64,000 nt of DNA from Amphiscolops sp. MND2022. Lineage: Eukaryota. Shown in pieces: positions 1 through 13,344 of the stretch. The stretch spans positions 42,844,001 through 42,908,000 of the forward strand of contig OZ076413.1 of the NCBI GenBank assembly GCA_964187785.1. Direction: 5' to 3'. The notes below the pieces were generated by a model, which did not search any database, was not told the origin of the DNA, and was given only the letters and a program-made list of their open reading frames with translations. Position numbers and translations under genes: made by a program. How positions within the stretch are numbered: position 1 is the first letter of the stretch; each line of letters opens with the position of its first letter.

Positions 1-378
1 CCTTGTGAATTTTGAAAGTTTTTAGATTTCTATTCAACTTTTGGTTGGTTCATATGATGGCCAGGCCTGGGCCAGATATAGCCAGTGTAAAAGTGTTGGT
101 TGCCATCTGTGGACAAGACCTGGTTGCCAGGAGTTAAAATTTTATGGACCATTGATAGAAAGCAATGGAGTCTCAGTACGAGATACCAGGCTGAAGTTTA
201 AAACAATGAAATGTGTAGGATATTTCACTGCTCTATCATGAGAATGTAACGAACCTATGGTCAGATAAAACCGTGTGGCATAAGATTTTATAGTATTACA
301 CTAAGTCCCAATTTAATCACGTTGTCGACACTGGAAAACGCTAGAATGAGTTTCTCGTCTTTGTTCTTCGCGGAAAAT

Positions 379-721
379 GGTTACATGACTTTTTGCCCCT
401 GGACTTTTCGCCTCTAAGACATTTCGCCTCTTAACTTAGAATTTAATTATATCCGGTTTAAATTGTTTTTTTCAATGTAATAAAAAGGATGTGGAACTTG
501 TTTTATTTGAAGAGGTTAGCATATTTGTTGTATGGCTCGGTCGCTTCGCTCCCTTCGCTAGGTAGCAACATTGAGGCATGGTCATATGGCACGTCGCTCC
601 GCTTCGCTTCGCTCCTGTGTTTAAGGCACTAGGGGTATGTGAACATAGCTGACCACGTTATAATAATTAAGGGGCGAAATGTCTTGGGGGTGAAATGTTC
701 AGGGCGAAAAGTCCTGTCACG
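379..721. mobile_element. Non-autonomous Mutator-like (MULE/MITE) element with ~55-bp repeat-built TIRs and 9-bp TSD
   Basis: GCGGAAAAT occurs at 370-378 and 722-730. The left arm (GGTTACATGACTTTTTGCCCCT...CATTTCGCCTCTTAA) is an imperfect inverse of the right arm (TTAAGGGGCGAAATG...GGCGAAAAGTCCTGTCACG). Confidence 0.8.
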
Positions 722-2483
722 GCGGAAAATAGTTGACACTTTGAATAATTTGAGAGTTGAGAATGTATGTTTTCCTTTCATAGCTCGAAGTGAAGCCCAA
801 AGGAGGGACCGCGCCCTCTACAGAAGTTGACTTGAGTCGGTTCAACGGCATGGCCCAAGATCCAGGTAACCAAAGTTTCTAGCTTCGAGTTTGAGCGGCG
901 ACACCTTTTGAAAGTTTCTCTTGCAAAAGAATCATCATATAAAAACCACTGAATTCCCACTGAATTGTAGATAAAGCACTGATACAGAAGCAAACTTTGA
1001 TTAAAACACAACAGGAGTCTGATAATTAGCAGCCGTTTTTGGAACGCCTATTGGTTTCCTGAAACTTGAAAGTATATTTACTGTCGTTCTTAGAAATCCA
1101 TGATGCTAAAATTTTGGCTACAAATAGAGTATAGTACATTTTGGGTATGTAATTTTACCAACCTAGCTTTTGAAAGATAGGTTCGTTCAAAGGATCTTCC
1201 CAGGTTCCGGCAATCAAATTATTAATTACAATTTTTATAAAGGTTCATTCACGATAGTCAAGCATCAAAAATTTGAAAATCAAGCATCAAAAGTTTTCAT
1301 TTCTACTGCTGACTATCATATCATCATTTTTGTCCATTTTAGGAAGTGGCCGATATTATGCCTACAACTCGGAAACGAACGAAAGGGCCTGGCTCAGATC
1401 TCGACAAGTGGAAGCGATGAAAGCCAGACTGAATTTGAAATAATTCAGAGAGAACCTTTTAATAAGTCATAACTGAAAGCAAATTCAATCACAAGCAATA
1501 ACAATTGTAAATATAAGTAGACTAACTTGCACTTAGAATTAATGACCAAATTGATTTTTTTGCAGTGGTAAAAATTATAGTCTTTAAAGATTTTCGAATT
1601 TTGAAAAGTATGCTATGAAGCTAAATGTTTTGTAGTTGGACTCTGTGGATACTCAACAAATCCACCAAATATCCAATAATTAAAAACAAGGTGCGTGAAA
1701 AAGTCCAAAGTTGAGAAAAAAGGTGGGAATTTTTCCCAGTTCCACGGCGTGAGATTCGAATAGCCAGTTCAGCCTTCCCATACGAAGTTATAGTACCCTG
1801 ATTGCAGTTAAATTGTTGAAGCTGTAGTTTGGGAGTAACTTGCACAAACTATCAAAGGCCTAATTGCTTTTTGTTGTACATTTTATTTAGCTTTTTCACT
1901 AACTGCGTTTTTTGTCAATACCATAGCACAGGGCTAGCAATTAACGACTTTCTTAAGGTGTAAAAAAGTTTAGTAATTTTCAAATCTGATGCCGCAGAAA
2001 TACAGTCCTAGTGCTTCAACCACCTTATCAAGGTCCCCAAAACTGATATTCTTGACAAACTTCGATTCTTTTATGCAATTTTTGAACAAAACACTCATTA
2101 TTCCTGTAAACAGATGTTAGCTTAGCAGCTAATGGTTTTTTTGACTCTCTGAAAGATCATTCGAACAAAAACAACAAAAATTTGCATTAAACAGAATTGC
2201 GAAACCATTGAAAGTGACAATTTTGCCAAATTTAGGATCAATTCATCCGTATTTACATTATTTATGAACAAAGATCAAGTTCATTCAAACAAGAGTCCGG
2301 GAAGGTTAAAAAAGCTGAGCAGCTCAATTGTTTTTTTGACCCCTGCATTCGTATGCCTGTAGAAAAATTCAAAATTTGCAAATTTTAGTCAGAAATAGTA
2401 GTTATACTCCGCCACAGGGGGAAAATTTTTCAAAAATTCTAATCGATTTTTGAATATTAAAAACACACTCTCGAGCATGCTGG

Positions 2484-3061
2484 CCCTAGTTGAAACTGCA
2501 GAAACTTTTTACATGCTGCAGGCCTGCATGCTGGGTAATTTTTTGTAAAACACAAAAAATCTGTGAACTTCGGGAGTTGAATCATGCACAATCACAATGC
2601 ATTTTCCACTACTACAATTACCTTCATTACTCTACTTTCCACTACTTCATTACTCTACCTTCATTACACTACATTCCACTTCATTACCGACACGATCAAT
2701 TTGTATTCACGCTTTGTTTTCACTACTATTCATCTGATGTGATCTACGCTTCTCAAATAGCACGCTAAACACGACGCAGTTTATTACGCGACTGAAGTTA
2801 TTTTGCATTAAATTAGCGGTAGAACTGAAAGCAATTTATTTGCTTTTAGAATTATATCTGCTTCTTTATGAAACCTGCAAAACGTCAAGGCTTAAAATTG
2901 CCGCGGAATTTTTTAGGAATCTTTCAAACAGCTTGATTCAAGGTAAATACAACAGGGAAATGTTTTTGCATGAAAATTTCGCTAAGAGTTTTAGAAAATC
3001 ATCACAAAAGTTTCTGGCAACATTAAAATACATGCAAAATGTTCAAGCAGTTTCAACAGGG
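2484..3061. mobile_element. Non-autonomous TIR element (CCC...GGG termini, CMC/EnSpm-like)
   Basis: TIRs CCCTAGTTGAAACTGC and GCAGTTTCAACAGGG. A homologous inverted copy lies at 9872-12098. Internal low-complexity CATTAC/CTAC tract at ~2600-2690. Confidence 0.65.
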
Positions 3062-4032
3062 GTGCCAATGAATTTTGCTTGTCATCGTGTTCTAGTTAAA
3101 ATCAGGGCCTATCAATAATGTAATGTGTATCACATTAAATGACAAATTATTATGCATTAATTGAATGAGCGTTGTTAACCTTAATGATTGTATGTGGAAA
3201 CATTTAATGCTAACATTGAAACAAACAGCAAATATAAATCACGCATTTTGATCACGATTTCCATACCTAATACATGCAATGCGTGAATGGGCGACGCGAT
3301 ATATCGAGCTGCGTATTTGCCACGGTGCATATGTTCTCACACCTTATTTCACACGTAGGTTCCAAATTGTTTTCACGCTGCTTTCACGCCGCTACAGCCA
3401 ATTACCTTTCAAAAATTGTTTATTCAACATCAGCCTCTATTTGTGCATCACTTTAAACTTGCATCTCGTTTAGTAATATGGCTATGGTAATATACAAATC
3501 TGAAGCCCATCTCTGTCAATACTCTCGAGAAATATTTACAACTTCTTGCGCAGCGCGTCGAGAAGAAGATAGCGAACCAATTACCAACCGACAGGATATA
3601 CTGCCTGAAAATCTCGAAGCTCATTTGTTCCTGCATGTGAACCATTCATTTAGGAAAGACAATGACATTCAGGAACCGCTCAACTCTTTACATCTGCTTA
3701 ATTGAACATTCAATGATAATTATTGCAATTAATGTGAAACCTTTTTAACTTTAACATTTAATGAAAGTAAGGGTCCATTAATAATAACATCATTGAGCAC
3801 GGGTTTCGGCAACGCGTTTCCTGAAGCCTCTGTATAGTAGGATGTTACGACTTTTAGGTTAGATTGTCAGGAATCTTAGATGAGAATAGTTTAAGGATCT
3901 AAAAAATAAGATATAAATTGTTTCACATTCGAGGTCCAGATTTGGAAGATCGCATATCTAAAATCACTGTACTTTGGTGAACTATGGCCCTAAATCTTAT
4001 CTCTGATATAATATCTAAAAACACAGTATTTT

Positions 4033-7000
4033 CAATCAGTATCTGTGTTTCGCCGTGTAAATGTTTATTATGTAATTTTCCGGTAAAATCAATTTGAATT
4101 TCTTGTCCCGGTTCGGATAGTTTTTCTAGTTTTCCGTAATGTTTTTTCGGTAATTGATATTTAAGGTTTTTACCTGATGCGAGGCATGCTGTACAGTCTT
4201 GTACTTTATTTTCGATGTCCTTCTTCATGTCCGGCCACCAGAATATTTTCGCTTCAAACATCATCTTCGATATTCCGGAGTGGCCGAAATGTAGGATCTC
4301 CAATATCCGGCGTCTGAGGTCGATTGGGATTACTATTTGGTCGTCGACAAAGACCAGGCCCCATCTAATTGACAGCTTGTCGAAAACTGTCCGATATCCG
4401 TCCGGAATTGTTTCGCGGTCTTCTCTCCGCATGCTGGTTCTGACTCGGGTCAGTTCCAGATCTATGACAGTCTTCGCTATCATCGTTTTTAGGTCCATCA
4501 TGAAGTCGAATTCGGCTTTCTTTATGTGGTCTTCAGTTACTTTTTTGTTTGCGGTGAGTTTGTCGACAATATCGTTGATTTGAATATATTTTGCTTCTTT
4601 CCCGTCTGTGTTATACTTGTTGAGGTCTACGATCGGTAAGTTGTCGCCTCGCATTATTACACTGTCCTTTTCGGTTTAGGCAGTCTCTACTTCTCCTTCT
4701 TCCCGCGTTTCTTCGGTTTCTTCTTCTTCGAGGTTTATCGGATGATATCCACCTCCCAGTCGATTGGCTCGCCGTAATAGCTCTGCATCGATTTCGGCTA
4801 TTTCTTCTCTGCTTCTCTTGTTCGGGCGAGTTGGGACAAATACTGTCCGTTGGGTTTGGTGGTTATATCTGCGTCGTAGGGTTCCGGGTCTTGATAGTGT
4901 GCTTCTTTGCTCCACTAGTCTACTTGTCTCGGGGCTGCTGTTTCGTCTCCGTATTATCTCCATGATCTCACGTGTAGCGCCCCAGTGATGGAAATTGTCT
5001 CGGTCCATTTCGGGAAATTCCGTATGTAAGTTTGGTTTAATTTTGTTTTGAGCAAGTTTTAAATTTTTTTCGGTAGGCAACTTGAGCTTTGCGTGCTAAT
5101 ATCGGACTGCCCGGATGTATTATTCTCGCTTTGTTGATTTTTGTTCACGCCGTAATCCTTCTCGAATGTTCTATTCGAATGTGATTGGTTGTCGATTATC
5201 TCGTTTTGTTCTTCGGATGAACCATTTTCAGTTTCAACTTTGGTTTTACTGCTTTCTGATTGGTTGGCGAATAGTTGTCCGTATTTCAAATTCAATTCGG
5301 ATTGTTCGGTCAATATGTTAATTACGTATTCCTCATCGTAATTTTCTTCCGGTATAGCCCCCCCTCCCTACCGGATTTCTGCTGAGATAATCGGTAAATT
5401 CCAAATTACTGCCTGCGATATGTTGTATTGATATATCAAAGTGCGTTAGGCGGTCTAACCACCTTGTCAATCTCGCGCTGTATTGTTTATTACTTCGGTT
5501 TCTTTTTATGAGTGGTTCCAAAGCTTGGTGGTCGGTGTAAAAGTGAACTTTCTTTCCGTATCGATCAAATCGGAATTTCTCTAATCCCCACACTACCGCC
5601 AATAATTCCAATTCGTCAATTGAGTATTTCTTTTCGGTTTCATTCAAACATCTGCTTCAGTACGCTATCGGTTTTGTATTTCCGTCATCTTGTTTTTGCC
5701 AGAGTGTTATTCCCAGCCCGGTTGTGCTGGCGTTGGTTGTCACTATATTGTCTTTTTCTTTTGCGTAGTGTTCCAAGCATGGGCCTTCGGTAAGCATTTG
5801 TTTTATTCGGTTAAAATCCGTTTCTTGTTTCGGTCCCTATTTCCATTGTTCATTCTTTTTGAGTAATTTTCTCAATCTATCGGTCCGTTCCGACAGTTTT
5901 GGTAGATATTTTGCTATCTATTGTATTGCTCCGAGAAATGATTTTAGTTCTTTTGTTTTTTCCGGCGGTTTCAATTTCAATATTGCTTCCACTTTTTCTT
6001 CGTTCGGTTTAATTCCCTTTTCATCAATTTCGTGTCACAGCTATTTTGTGCGGTTGATGAAGAATTCGGACTTCGTTTTACTTGCTCTGTAACCGGCTTT
6101 TTCTAGTTTATTCAGTATTTCGAATAACGTTTTCTCGTGGTCTTGTTACTTCCTCGGGTTACCACGATATTATCGTCTAGCCAAGCTGGTGTACAGTATC
6201 CGAGTGTTCGGTCGATTTTCTCTTGAAATATTGTGGGTATATCGGCCAGGCCGTAGAAACCTTTTTGAAACCGGTAGTATCCACTGAATTTTCCTCCGGT
6301 TAATGCGATACGCATTGCCTGCTTGTTTCTTCGGATAATTCCTTTTGGCCGTACCCATAATCAAAGTCGATCTTTGACATGAATAGTTGTAGTGTTCGGT
6401 CGCGTGTTATTTCTACCGAAATTTGGTTTAACAGTTCTTCCATATTCGGCATGTGCGGTCTCATTTTAATACAGCTGTCATTTAATTTGCGTGAGTCCAG
6501 AGCTATTTTCACCAATTTATCGTTCTTCACGGTTATTACCACCGGTGATACGAAGCAATCTTCGTCTACGTCTTTCACTTTTTCCAAATGTCCGGATTTT
6601 ATTAGTTTTTTAAATTCCCGTCCTACATCTTCCTGTAGATGTAGTGGTATCGGTCTAGCTTTTTGTTTTACCGGGTAGTGTCCAGGTTTTAATTGGATAT
6701 TTATTTCGGTATCTTTGATTGTGTCGTTGTTCTCAAATAGATCCGGAAATTTGTTAAATATTTTCTCGCATTCTGATTGTTTGTTCTCGGCTAATTGTAT
6801 TCTTCTGATTGTCAGTTTGAATTTCTTCATCCAGTCCATACCGAGTAATGGTGTTATATCTGTTCTCTCGGTTATTAGGATTTCCATTTTTTGACTATTG
6901 TTTTCATGTTCGATGTTTACTGGAATTTTCCCCCGGAATTTTACTTCGTTTTTGTTCAAATCTTGGTATCGGTTGGTTATTTTCTGAATTTCGGTTGATT

Positions 7001-8316
7001 ATATAATTCTTTCGTCGGGTGGCATACTTGAAATGGGTGATCCGGTGTCAATTATGAATTCTTTCTTTACCCCGTTAACTCGTACTACCGCTGTAAAGTG
7101 TTTGTTCATTTCGTTTATTTTCTTGATTTCTTTTATGTGGTGTATGCTCTCGTCCGATTCGCTTGTTGATTCGTCCGGTTCGTTCATTTCTTCTTCGGTT
7201 AGTCTTTTCACTGTTCGGTTGTTATTGAATTTCTGTCTGCATGCTTTGGCGTAATGTCCCTTCTTTCCGCATTTGTTGCAGTTCGCTTCTAGTGCGGGAC
7301 ATTTGTGTATCGGTGTCCAGTTTGGAGCATTGCAAAATCTTCATGTACGGTTTCCGTAGTTTTTATTTTTCGGTCTGGTACCGAATCGTTCCATTCTTTG
7401 TATTGGTTCTTCTTTTATCATGTGTTTTTCTTTTGTTGATATCAAAGCTTCTGGTATTGTGTTCCTTTTATTCTTTTTCTCGTATGTATTTTGTTTTATC
7501 AGTTCGATTATTTTCTTCAGTTCCAGCGTTTTTTCTTTCATTATTTTGTCCCGTAGTTTTTTGTCGGTGATTGCAGTCATGTATTTTGATATCAAGAATT
7601 CTGCGGCTGATATTGCATTAAAGTTACACTCCTTTTCGATTTCAATTAGTCGTCTCCAGAATTCCTCCGGTGTCTCATCTTCAGTTTGCTTTGCCCAAAA
7701 GAAGTCGCCTCGGTTGTGGTAAGTGTTTCTTTTCGGCATGTAGAATTCGGTGAACAACCGGATTAGGTCCTTCACTTTTATACTGTCGGGTTCCGTTTTA
7801 TATTCGGCCCTGGTTATTTGGTATAGTGCTTCCGGTCCCACTCGCCATATGAAATCTTCTTGTGCGGCTTGTTCTTTTCCGTTCCAATTTGCGTCCGTAA
7901 TATTTTTCCTTTCAGTAATGGGGTAATATCGATTTTGTGTTCTTGTTTACAAAACTGCCGGAACCTTTCAAGCCATTGTCTCGGTGTAAATACTGGGTTT
8001 CCGTCTGTGGCTTTTGTTTCTAGGTTTGGGACGGTATTTTTTTCAGCCATTGTTTTCCGTTATGAAGGGTTTACACAGTTTAAAAACTGGCTCACTGCGC
8101 CATGTTCTATTCTGAGGATATATGTTAAGAGAAAAGGAAATTGTTAAAAGAGATAGATCTATGTTTGTATCACTGTATTGTAACCAAAACAAAAGTATAA
8201 ATGTATGTATGGTATGAGAGTCTATTTAGAGTTTGTAGGTAAACAACTCTTAGCTTCTAGACTGCTGGTATCCGAATTTACGGTAGAGGTCAAGCCGGTA
8301 TGAACCGAATATAACA
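4033..8316 (-). mobile_element. Decayed, 3'-truncated Ty3/Gypsy LTR retrotransposon (gag-PR-RT-RH-insert-IN)
   Basis: Frameshifted minus-strand ORFs: gag 7341-8050 followed by knuckle CNKCGKKGHYAKAC, protease IDTGS, RT (KIDFDYGY, WLDD), RNase H (ELELLAVVW, TDHQAL) and integrase HHCC (LHFGH...CTAC, IQIDF). Homology is lost at ~4033, before the catalytic core is complete. Confidence 0.93.
8103..8316 (-). repeat. Probable 5' LTR of the decayed Gypsy element
   Basis: A 214-bp segment bounded by TG...CA, followed directly on the minus strand by PBS TGGCGCAGTGAGCCA (8088-8102) and then the gag ATG at 8050. No partner 3' LTR was found. Confidence 0.7.
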
Positions 8317-8318
8317 AT

Positions 8319-8560
8319 CTGATCTTCTCTTACTCTTGGAAAACTGCAAAACAAGCTATCTGCCTTGTCCAACTGTTGTGTCTATAAATCTATAAATGAA
8401 ATAGTTTTCATTAACATCAAAATCATCCCAACGCGGGTATCGATATATTGAATTTAAATTGTCAAAAAACGGATGTTTTCAAAGTTTTCGGATGTTTTGG
8501 GGTGATTTTGAGCAATTTTCGAAACAAAAACTTCGGATTGCCCGTCTTTTGGAACACTGG
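8319..8560. repeat. Dispersed repeat fragment with a second copy at ~9467-9660
   Basis: CTGATCTTCTCTT...GGAAAACTGCAAAAC...ATAAATGAA...AACATCAAAATCATCC...AAAACTTCGGATTGCCC is present at both sites. Confidence 0.6.
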
Positions 8561-9871
8561 AGAAAAAAAATAGAGATAAATACATAGTCATTTCGGCGCT
8601 TGGTTAATACTAACAACTTGAAATGGCGCAAAAAAGGTCTAAGAAGTACAAAATACCAGTGATTCAATTGTTATTTTTCTCTTGGCACAGTACTCCTTTG
8701 GGACAACAGTGTTTACGGCTACAAAGGAACGGAAATGTCTCGAAAAAGGGAGGGAAAGTGATTTCAAGTAACGAATTACCTCTATAAATCAAAAGGCCAA
8801 TTCATTAGAATCTAGTCCCAATTTAGAGACTTTGCATATATAAAAAACTAAAATTGTTGATGCAAGTCCTTGTGTATCTCATGAATCTTACTCAGGCTTT
8901 TCTATCAAAACAAAACCTGTTTTTAAAAGATTTTAAAACCGTTTTTAAAAGATTGAAAAACAAATTTTCGGAAAAGTTTTATCCGCAAAATTTTTAAAAA
9001 TTTTCGGTAAAACGCAATGTGTCAAAAAACGAAAGTGGCCCGCTTGCAAAACGCTTTGCTCCTGCTCGATTGAAGAAGTTTTGAGAAAATGGTCGCAGTG
9101 CCAATAAAATAGTAAAGGGGCCCTTTGTTCTTTCCCTACTTTTACAAAGACAACAAAATTTCTTGGTTTAGCTCGTGACTCGAATCCACGAACTCCCGTT
9201 TTTAGACCTCGCCACCAATACAAGAAGTCCGCGTTAAGGAGAATGCCCAGTGACAGTGAGAATTTCCCTTTTTCAAGAAAAGCTCAAAAAAGTCTGTCAG
9301 TTCGCCGGTTTTAAAAGAAAAGAAAAAATTTAATTTTTAGACGAAAAAAAATCTCACAATGGCGAAAAATGATAAAATGAAGGACAATTTGGGCTTTCTT
9401 GAACCACGGCCAGCGACATGCGCCGTAGCTATCAAACGGCAATGTTGCCGATTCTGGTGTGCGTTCCTGATCTTCTCTTGGTCCTGGAAAACTGCAAAAC
9501 GTGCTGCCTAACTTGATCAACTGCTATAACTATAAATGAATTACTTTTCATCAACATCAAAATCATCCGCCCGCAAAATTAATTTTTTTGTAGTTTTTGG
9601 CTATTTTGGTGTAACTTCGAGACATTTTCTGAAAAAAAAACTTCGGATTGCCCCTCTGAAAGCCTAACTATTAGATAGTTGTTTCGTCTTGGAACTGGTC
9701 CACGGTGGATCCTCGGTGGTGGATCTGGTGACATTCGGAGTTTTCGAGAATTGTCGACAAAATGTTTGAAAATACTGGAATTTATAGCTGCTCAGGGGTC
9801 ATTTTGAAGTCATTTTCAAGTCAGTTTCTGGAAGCATTTTTGGCCAAAAAAATTTCAATTGTATCGACCAA

Positions 9872-12098
9872 CCCTAGTTGAAACTGCTTGAAACTTTTAC
9901 ATGATTTTATAGGCTACCAAGCACTTTTAGCAAGATTTTTAGAGTTTCATAGAGAATCATTAATGCTAAATATTTCCCTGATGCAATGCTATTTCTTCAA
10001 GTATTTATTAGGATTTCTATACAATTTGGCGGGTTTTCAGAGCAACATCAAGGAAGTTCAAGAAAAATTCCCCGCGAATTTTTCCATGTTTCTGCGGGCA
10101 AAACCTCAAAATTTATGAGTGCTGACGCTAATAAATGATGTAAACAATTTTTTGCGTGTGCCAGTGTGGCAAACAAATTCGTATTACTGGAAAATTTTTC
10201 GATGAAAAAAATTTTTTTTTGCATGCAAACTGTTGAAATACACAATATTTATCACTTTCCGCTTTTGGAAAACCAAAAAAAAATGATTCCAAAATTCCTC
10301 AAGGTTTTTTTGAGGGACTACTTTAAGATCGGAATATTAAAATCAGCCGTTTTGATTGGATGAAATTTGAATTTTCAAATTCTTTCTCAACACCCAAGAT
10401 ATTGAAAAAACTTGTGCAACTGGAAAAAACAAGAATAACTACAGGTTTTTTTAGCATTTTCGTTCAAATTCTTTGCAAAAAAGTGAAACTTTTGATCAGA
10501 TCGATCAGAAAAGTCGAACATGATTTTCGAAAAAAAATTCGAATTCGAAGTAAAAACTTGAAATTCTGGAAATTTCGGATCAGAAGTAAGGTGTCTTAAT
10601 ACATTGGATTCCAGACGTTATTCCTTTAGACGTTATTCCCGAAACACTTTTAGACGTTATTCTTTAGACGTTATTCGCGCCCCTAGTAAGGTGACAGCTG
10701 TCAGAAATAACGGGATATGAAAAACGGGAATAACGTCTAAATCTTTAGACGTTATTCCTGAAAACTGAGTAAAATTTAGAGGCTATTAATTAGTCGTTAT
10801 TCCCGCCTGGGAAAACGCAATGCTTTTGAACAACTTATTATGTGAAATTCAGACCTTGCTTTGTATATCGGTTCCCGCAAGTTGTTGTGTTTTAGGAATG
10901 GTTTCATTGCAAAAAGTTGTTTTGACCAAAATATATTTGTTTTTGCAGTTTTGGAACTCGTTTTTTTTACTGATTCTTCGCACCAATCTGATTTACATAG
11001 AGTTTTTTGTTTCAGCCTATCACTTCAAACTGCTAATGATTGTGTGGACTCTGTTACCGAGGCTTGCAAGAAAGTTCCTCGAAAACCGCTGGGATCTGTT
11101 TTTGACATTGGAGGAGTTCAGGATTTGTTGATTCTTAATTGCGAAAAAATGTTTTCTAAGCCTTAAATGTAGCAATTTTCTTTTTTTAGCGAGTGTTGTT
11201 TGTGCTTCTCGAATTTTTTGCGACTTAGTTTGATAGACTGTCAAAAATGAGTTCTCTACCTTTTCCAAAACATATTTTCTCCAACACTTTCGTATATGTA
11301 TACCATAGATCATTGAAAAACGAGAAACCTGAAAATCCTTTGTATTGAGCACAATTCTAGTCTTTGCTTTCGAAACCTCAATTTGCAACTTCTAAGCCGT
11401 TTTTCTGAGTATGTTTTGTCGCAAAGTACGTGTCGGGCTGTCTGTAAGAATCTTTTAGAAAAAATATTTGTTTTTGCAGTTTTGGAACTCCAGTTATTTT
11501 ACTCATGCTTCGCAACAATCTGATTTACAGAGAGTTCTGTTTCAGCCTATCACTTCAAACTGGTAACGATTGTGTGGACTCTGTTAACGAGACTTGCAAG
11601 AAAGTTCCTCGATTTTCGCCGGGATCTGTTTTTGACATTGGACGAGTTGACAAATGTTGCTTGCCAATTGCAAAACATTGTTTGCCATACCTTTGAATTG
11701 CTTTTCTCAATTTTGAAGTTGTATTTCCGTTATCCTAATTCAGATTCATTTTTGTTTTTTTGAAATCGCCATTATTAGAGGTTCCAGCTTTCGAGACCAT
11801 TTTAGAAAAAAAAATCATTATTTCTATCCTAGTTACAATGTTGAGGAAGTTTTTAAACGTATTTACGTTGCCCTGACGTTCGCGAAAAAAAATAATGCAG
11901 GGACTTTTTTTCAAAAATTTTGTAAGTTGCAGCGACTTTTTTTCAACGCGCAGTGAAATGCTGCCAGGATTTTCCATGCTGCTGTCTATTTTTACAAGTT
12001 TTTTCCCTGCGCGCAGTCTGAATTTTCTATGTTTTATAAAAAATTACCCTGCGTGCATGCCTGCAGCATGTAAAAAGTCACGGCAGTATCGACTAGGG
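9872..12098. mobile_element. Expanded inverted copy of the 2484-3061 TIR element with a nested insert and internal duplication
   Basis: Ends CCCTAGTTGAAACTGC ... GCAGTATCGACTAGGG with AA on both flanks. 12020-12098 is the reverse complement of ~2484-2560. Nested mini-element 10610-10811 built of GACGTTATT repeats. ~200-bp direct duplication at 10925-11120 and 11460-11650. Confidence 0.65.
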
Positions 12099-12448
12099 AA
12101 TACATGTGTTACGAAGCTTGTTCCATGGAAGTTGAAGTCTGTGGAAGAATCGCATATTTTGGGTATAAAATTGGAACATAGCAAAATTATGAAAAAAAGA
12201 ACAAAAAGAACTGTGTGCAATGTGTAATTGTTCTTTACCATATCGAAATATGGGAGAAAACAAAAAAAATGGAAAAAAACTATCGGCTTGAACAATGAAC
12301 TTGGTCTTTCAAGTTGCTGAAGCTGTTAGGTATAGATATTGAACAAAAAACTATCATTCTCATAAATTGATATATAAAATTAAATTAGAAACAAACAACA
12401 TGATTTTTAAAATTATTATAATATAATTTCTAATCTATTATCAGTATT

Positions 12449-13344
12449 TCAGACGTAAACAGCTATGGGCATGTTTGGATTTAAAGCTTTGCAAGTTTTA
12501 ACCCCAGCTGTGGCTTTGCCGGTGGCTTTTCCGGGTGTATCCGGTTTCGAGAGGCTTGAACAGGATGATTTTCTGGATCTTTTGGAAGTTGAATGTGTGT
12601 GTGATCGACTTCTGGTCACAGTCGAGTCGGTGTAACACTCCGATACAGGTGTCGGTGTATTTTTGAGAAGCAGAGTCTCCGGACGTTGTTTATTCACTGG
12701 TCTGCTCATATGTCCGGAGTCTGGTTTTGGTTTCTGCGGTTTTTGAGGGTTGGGTCTAACTACTATTGCTTTGTTGCCAACGAAGTCCAATTTGTTCGTG
12801 TTGTTTTTGTAGAACTCGTGTTTCGGGGGGCTTTCTATGCTGCTCAGGGGGCTGATTGGTTTGACTTGATTATAGGGAGAGTGGTTGGAAGTTCCATATG
12901 TGTGACAGAAACATTCACGCCAAGTATCCAGAGTTTTGGCATTGAACATCCAGATACTGGTTGCGATTCCAATGAAAAACGTCATGCTATGTTTGAACAA
13001 CATAAGGTGAGTATTTGCAATAGACTCTCCTGAGTTTTCTGGGCGACTGTCTTTACTTAGCATCGCTTTTTGGGTCCAGTGTTGCATTTGCTCATATTCT
13101 ATAAGGCATGTAAGTAGATACAAAATACAGGGAATTATATAGCACACTGCAAACAGGCCGATTCGTATGATCAGCATGTCCATTTTCTTCAAGTTCGGGT
13201 CCAGCCGAAGTTGGCTTCGGATTCGCATCAACGAGAGGAAGCCGAACAGGGTGAGGAGGAGTCCCACTGACAGGTAGATAGAAATGGGTATGATAATAAA
13301 GATTGCGAGGTTTAGGGGACTCTGGGCGCCCACTAGACACAGTC
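12449..13344 (-). CDS. fzd: Frizzled exon 3 (TM5-TM7, KTxxxW, long C-tail)
   Basis: Polypyrimidine/CAG acceptor at 13347-13345. Encodes GLCLVG...KTLDTW...IAVYV-stop. Confidence 0.9.
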
